NCBI GenBank assembly: GCA_964187785.1
Contig: OZ076409.1
Location: 434,001-498,000 of the forward strand
Length of the DNA stretch: 64,000 nucleotides
From: Amphiscolops sp. MND2022
Taxonomy: Eukaryota
Direction: 5' to 3'
Of this stretch, positions 58,443 to 64,000 are shown piece by piece. A model generated the notes under the pieces. It did not search any database, was not told where the DNA came from, and saw only the letters and a list, made by a program, of their open reading frames with translations. The position numbers and the translations under genes are program-made. The first letter of the stretch is position 1; every line of letters begins with the position of its first letter.

Positions 58443-61400
58443 TTTAGTCGGCGCCTTTTCCCTTAAGGAAAAAAGCCCGACTATTACAATAGGTAGTTTT
58501 TAGTCGGCGCGTTTTCATTAAGGGAAAAATGCACGACTATAGCAGTGACTGTTTTTTTTCTTCAGACTACAATCCTCACACTGATCGGTCCACTTTTTAG
58601 AAACAATCCTGAAACAACCTGAGGCCAAGTCCGGCCAAGGTAGACCCAGTCCAAAGGGTCCCCCTTTCATTTTTTCACTTTTTCAAGGAAACCTACAAAA
58701 CTGGACGTGCCTAAAGGGTCCCCCCTTTGGATTTTTTTCGGCACTGTGCGACTTTTTTTCGAAAAAATTTTTAATGTTCCAAAAGGGTCCCCCCTTCGAG
58801 TATTTTCATAATTTGCAACTGAATGTATGTTAATACCTCCCAAAGGGTCCCCCCTTTTACATTTTTCGGCACTATGCGACTTTTTTTGAAAGAAATTTTT
58901 TTTCAAAAATTACTACTTTTTTTCCAAAAATTTTTTTTCCGCTTTTTGAGGCCAAAAGGCAAGTCCGGTCAGCGGAATTCAGTGCAAAAGGGTCCCCCCT
59001 TTCATTATTTACTATTTTACCGTAGCCTACAAAACCGGACGAGACTAAAGGGTCCCCCCTTTCGATTTCTTTCGGCATTGTGCGACTTTTTTTCAAAAAT
59101 TATTTAATGTATCAAAAAAGTCCCCCTTTCGAGTTTTTTGATATTTTGCAACAGGAATATATGTTAATAAAGCCTAAAGGGTCTCCCTTTTACATTTTTC
59201 GGCACTATGCGACATTTTCTGAAAAAAAAATTCAAAAATTTCAAGTTTTTTTCCAAGAAAATTTTTTCCCGCTTTTTGAGCCTTAGATATGGGGCCGACT
59301 TTAGACGATCTCGTCTTGTTTTTTTTCAGCTGACAATCTCCCTCTGAATGGGCCACTTTTTACAATTTTCATGATCCACTAACTGCCACACTTTTAACTT
59401 CTACTGGCACTTGGCATAGAGGTTACGTTTTTTTTGAGGTCTGCCAAGCAGAAGAACGTGGGTTCGAGTCCAACCTTGACGAAAATTTTTTGTGCAGGTT
59501 TTTTGGCTTTGTGATACTTTTTCGCAATTTCTTCATATGTCTCTAAAGGGTCCCCCTTCATTTTTTCCTATTTTGCAAAAGAATGGATGTTCAAAAACTC
59601 CCACAGGACCCCTTTCACATTTTTCGGCACTATGCGACTCACCAGAGACCAAAAAAAATTCGAAAAAATTCAAATGAAAATCGGAATTTTTTTCAATTTA
59701 TTCCTCACGCGGATACAAGAGAATACTTGACACAATGAAGTCGTTTTGCTATTTTTGAGCCTTAGATATGGAGCCGACTTGGGCCGTTCCCGGCTTGTTT
59801 TTTCTTCAGACTACAATCCTCACACTGATCGGTTCACTCTTTAGAAACAATCCTGAAACCACCTAAGGCCAAGTCCGGCCAAAGCAAACTTAGCCCAAAA
59901 GTCCCCCTTTCAATTTTACTTTTTCAAGGTAACCTACAGAACCGGACGCTACTAAAAGAGTCTCCCCTTTCGATTTTTTTCGGCACTGTGCGACTTTTTT
60001 TTGAAAAAATTTTTATTGTTCCAAAAGGGTCCCCCTTTCATTTTTTCACTTTTTCAAGGAAACCTACAACACTGGACGTGCCTAAAGGGTCCCCCTTTGG
60101 ATTTTTTTTCGGCACTGTGCGACTTTTTTTCGAAAAATTTTTTAATGTTCCAAAAGATTCCCCCCTTCGAGTTTTTTCATAATTTGCAATTGGATGTGTG
60201 TTAATACCTCCCAAAGGGTCCCCCGTTTTACATTTTTCGGCACTATGCGACTTTTTTTGAAAGAATTTTTTTTTCAAAAATTACTACTTTTTTCCAAAAT
60301 TTTTTTCCCGCTTTTTGAGGCTAAAAGGCCAAGTCCGGTCAGCAGAATTCAGTGCAAAAGGGTCCCCCTTTCATTATTTACTATTTTACCGTAGCCTACA
60401 AAACCGGACGAGACTAAAGGGCCCCCCCTTTCGATTTCTATCGGCATTGTGCGACTTTTTTTCAAAAATTATTTAATGTATCAAAAAAGTCCCCCTTTCA
60501 AGTTTTTTGATATTTTGCAACAGAATTTATGTTAATAAAGCCCAAAGGGCCTCCCTTTTACATTTTTTGGCACTATGCGACATTTTCTGAGAGAAAAAAA
60601 TTCAAAAATTTCAAGTTTTTTCCCAAAAATTTTTTCGACTTTTGAGCCTTAGATATGGGGCCGACTTTAGACGATCTCGTCTTGTTTTTCTTTTTCAGCT
60701 GACAATCTCGCCCTGAATGGTCCACTTTTTACAATTTCCATGATCCACTAACTGCCACACTTGTAACTTCTACTGGCACTTGGCATAGAGGTTACGGTTT
60801 TTTTGAGGTCTGCCAAGCAGAAGAACGTGGGTTCGAGTCCAACCTTGACGAAAATTTTTTGTGCAGGTTTTTTGGCTTTGTGATACTTTTTCGCAATTTC
60901 TTTATATGTCTCTGAAGGGTCCCCCTTCATTTTTTCCTATTTTGCAAAAGAATGGATGTTCAAAAACTCCCAAAGGCCCTTTTTCACATTTTTCGACACT
61001 ATGCGACTCACCAGAGACCAAAAAAAAAATCGAAAAATATCAAAATAAAATCGGATTTTTTTTCACTTTTTTCCTCACGCGGATACAAGAGAATACTTGA
61101 CACAATGAAGTCCTTTTGCTATTTTTGAGCCTTAGATATGGAGCCGACTTGGGCCGTTCCCGGCTTGTTTTTTCTTCAGACTACAATCCTCACACTGATC
61201 GGTTCACTCTTTAGAAACAATCCTGAAACCACCTAAGGCCAAGTCCGGCCAAAGCAAACTTAGCCCAAAAGTCCCCCTTTCAGTTCTACTTTTTCAAGGT
61301 AACCTACAAAACCGGACGGTACTAAAAGAGTCTCCCCTTTCGATTTTTTTTCGGCACTGTGCGACTTTTTTTCGAAAAAATTTTTAATGTTCCAAAAGGG

Positions 61401-64000
61401 TCCCCCTTCGAGTTTTTTCATAATTTGCAACTGAATGTGTGTTAATGCATCCCAAAGGGTCCCCCTTTTACATTTTTTGGCACTATGCGACTTTTTTTGG
61501 GAATTTTTTTTTCAAAAATTACAAGCTTTTTTCCAAAAAAATTTTTTCCGCTTTTTGAGGCCAAAAGGCCAATTCCGGTCAGCGGAATTCAGTGCAAAAG
61601 GGTCCCCCCTTTCATTTTTTACTATTTTACCGTAGCCCTACAAAACCGGACGAGACTAAAGCGTCCCCCCTTTCGATTTCTTTCGGCATTGTGCGACTTT
61701 TTTTCAAAAATTATTTATTGTATCAAAAAAGTCCCCCTTTCGAGTTTTTTGATATTTTGCAACAGAATATATGTTAATAAAGCCCAAAGGGTCTCCCTTT
61801 TACATTTTTCGGCACTATGCGACATTTTCTGAAAGAAAAAAATTCAAAAATTTCAAGTTTTTTCCCAAAAAATTTTTTCGATTTTTGAGCCTTAGATATG
61901 GGGCCGACTTTAGACGATCTCGTCTTGTTTTTCTTTTTCAGCTGACAATCTCACTCTGAATGGTCCACTTTTTACAATTTTCATGATCCACTAACTGCCA
62001 CACTTGTAACTTCTACTGGCACTTGGCATAGAGGTTACGGTTTTTTTGAGGTCTGCCAAGCAGAAGAACGTGGGTTCGAGTCCAACCTTGACGAAAATTT
62101 TTTTGTGCAGGTTTTTTGGCTTTGTGATACTTTTTCGCAATTTCTTTATATGTCTCTAAAGGGTCCCCTTTCATTTTTTCCTATTTTGCAAAAGAATGGA
62201 TGTTCAAAAACACCCAAAGGCCCCCTTTCACATTTTTTGACACTATGCGACTCACCAGAGACCAAAATATTCGAAAAAATTCAAAATAAAATCGGATTTT
62301 TTTCACTTTTTTCCTCACGCGGAAACAAGAGAATACTTGACACAATGAAGTCCTTTTGCTATTTTTGAGCCTTAGATATGGAGCCGACTTGGGCCGTTCC
62401 CGGCTTGTTTTTTCTTCAGACAACAATCCCCACACTAATCGGTTCACTCTTTAGAAACAATCCTGAAACCACCTAAGGCTAAGTAAACTTAACCCAAAAG
62501 TCCCCCTTTCAGTTCTACTTTTTCAAGGTAACCTACAAAACCGGACGGTACTAAAAGAGTCTCCCCTTTCGATTTTTTTCGGCACTGTGTGACTTTTTTC
62601 GAAAAAATTTTTAATGTTCCAAAAGGGTCCCTCCTTCGAGTTTTTTCATAATTTGCAACTGAATGTGTGTTAATGCATCCCAAAGGGTCCCCCCTTTTAC
62701 ATTTTTTGGCACTATGCGACTTTTTTTGGATTTTTTTTCTTCAAAAATTACAAGCTTTTTTCCAAAAAAATTTTTTCCGCTTTTTGAGGCCAAAAGGCCA
62801 ATTCCGGTCAGCGGAATTCAGTGCAAAAGGGTCCCCCCTTTCATTTTTTACTATTTTACCGTAGCCCTACAAAACCGGACGAGACTAAAGCGTCCCCTCT
62901 TTTGATTTCTTTCGGCATTGTGCGACTTTTTTTCAAAAATTCTTTAATGTATCAAAAAAGTCCCCCTTTCGAGTTTTTGATATTTTGCAACAGAATATAT
63001 GTTAATAAAGCCTAAAGGGTCTCCCTTTTACATTTTTCGGCATTATAAGACATTTTCTGAAAGAAAAAAATTCAAAAATTTCAAGTGTTTTCCAAGAAAA
63101 TTTTTTCCCGCTTTTTGAGCCTTAGATATGGGGCCGACTTTAGACGATCTCGTCTTGTTTTTTTTTCAGCTGACAATCTCACTCTGAATGGTCCATTTTT
63201 TACAATTTTCATGATCCACTAACTGTCACACTTGTAACTTCTACTGGCACTTGGCATAGAGGTTACGGTTTTTTTGAGGTCTGCCAAGCAGAAGAACGTG
63301 GGTTCGAGTCCAACCTTGACGAAAATTTTTTGTGCAGGTTTTTTGGCTTTGTGATACTTTTTCGCAATTTCTTTATATGTCTCTGAAGGGTCCCCCTTCA
63401 TTTTTTCCTATTTTGCAAAAGAATGGATGTTCAAAAACTCCCAAAGGCCCCTTTTCACATTTTTCGACACTATGCGACTCACCAGAGACCAAAAAAAATT
63501 CGAAAAAATTCAAAATAAAATCGGATTTTTTTCACTTTTTTCCTCACGCGGATACAAGAGAATACTTGACACAATGAAGTCCTTTTGCTATTTTTGAGCC
63601 TTAGATATGGAGCCGACTTGGGCCGTTCCCGGCTTGTTTTTTCTTCAGACTACAATCCTCACACTGATCGGTTCACTCTTTAGAAACAATCCTGAAACCA
63701 CCTAAGGCCAAGTCCGGCCAAAGCAAACTTAGCCCAAAAGTCCCCCTTTCAGTTCTACTTTTTCAAGGTAACCTACAAAACCGGACGGTACTAAAAGAGT
63801 CTCCCCTTTCGATTTTTTTTCGGCACTGTGCGACTTTTTTTCGAAAAAATTTTTAATGTTCCAAAAGGGTCCCCCCTTCGAGTTTTTTCATAATTTGCAA
63901 CTGAATGTGTGTTAAGGCACTATGCGACTTTTTTTGGAAATTTTTTTTCAAAAATTACAAGCATTTTTCCAAAATTTTTTTTCCGCTTTTTGAGGCCAAA
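58443..64000 (+). repeat. Tandem array (~1.23-1.37-kb unit, about 4.5 copies, runs off the window) built from Helentron/DINE-1-like elements
   Basis: 5' ends TTTTAGTCGGCGC only at ~58443 and ~58498; two alternating 3' ends recur at ~59278/60644/61887/63117 and ~59757/61126/62367/63596. Confidence 0.88.

Noticed and set aside
58667..63577. Many short Phe/Lys-rich ORFs
   Set aside because: Translations of A/T-run satellite sequence; frames not conserved between units

Overview
Eukaryotic (most likely invertebrate animal) nuclear DNA made almost entirely of nested transposable elements; I see no conventional host gene, rRNA or CRISPR array. The centrepiece is a complete 16.6-kb Ty3/Gypsy LTR retrotransposon (14935-31530, minus strand, ~2.3-kb LTRs, CCATC target-site duplication) with two unusual properties. 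First, between integrase and the 3' LTR it carries an ANTISENSE gene of ~1050 codons split by seven short GT-AG introns (18642-22694). Its product has a CX2CX16HX5H zinc finger and looks by eye like a catalytically dead hAT-transposase derivative. A second, divergently oriented small ORF with a PKKKRK NLS lies beside it. Second, gag starts 126 codons inside the LTR and reads through the LTR/PBS junction, which itself spells an in-frame ATG; an unrelated solo LTR (46468-48276) shows the same LTR-encoded ORF in the same phase. The rest is decayed CRE-clade (PHD-RT-REL) and CR1/L2-type non-LTR elements, Mutator-like MITEs (one inserted into a copy of itself), Helentron/DINE-1-like non-autonomous elements including a ~1.24-kb tandem array, two Mag-like Gypsy relics, BEL/Pao fragments, local duplications and a 200-N gap. 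All family assignments come from motif recognition by eye, not database searches.
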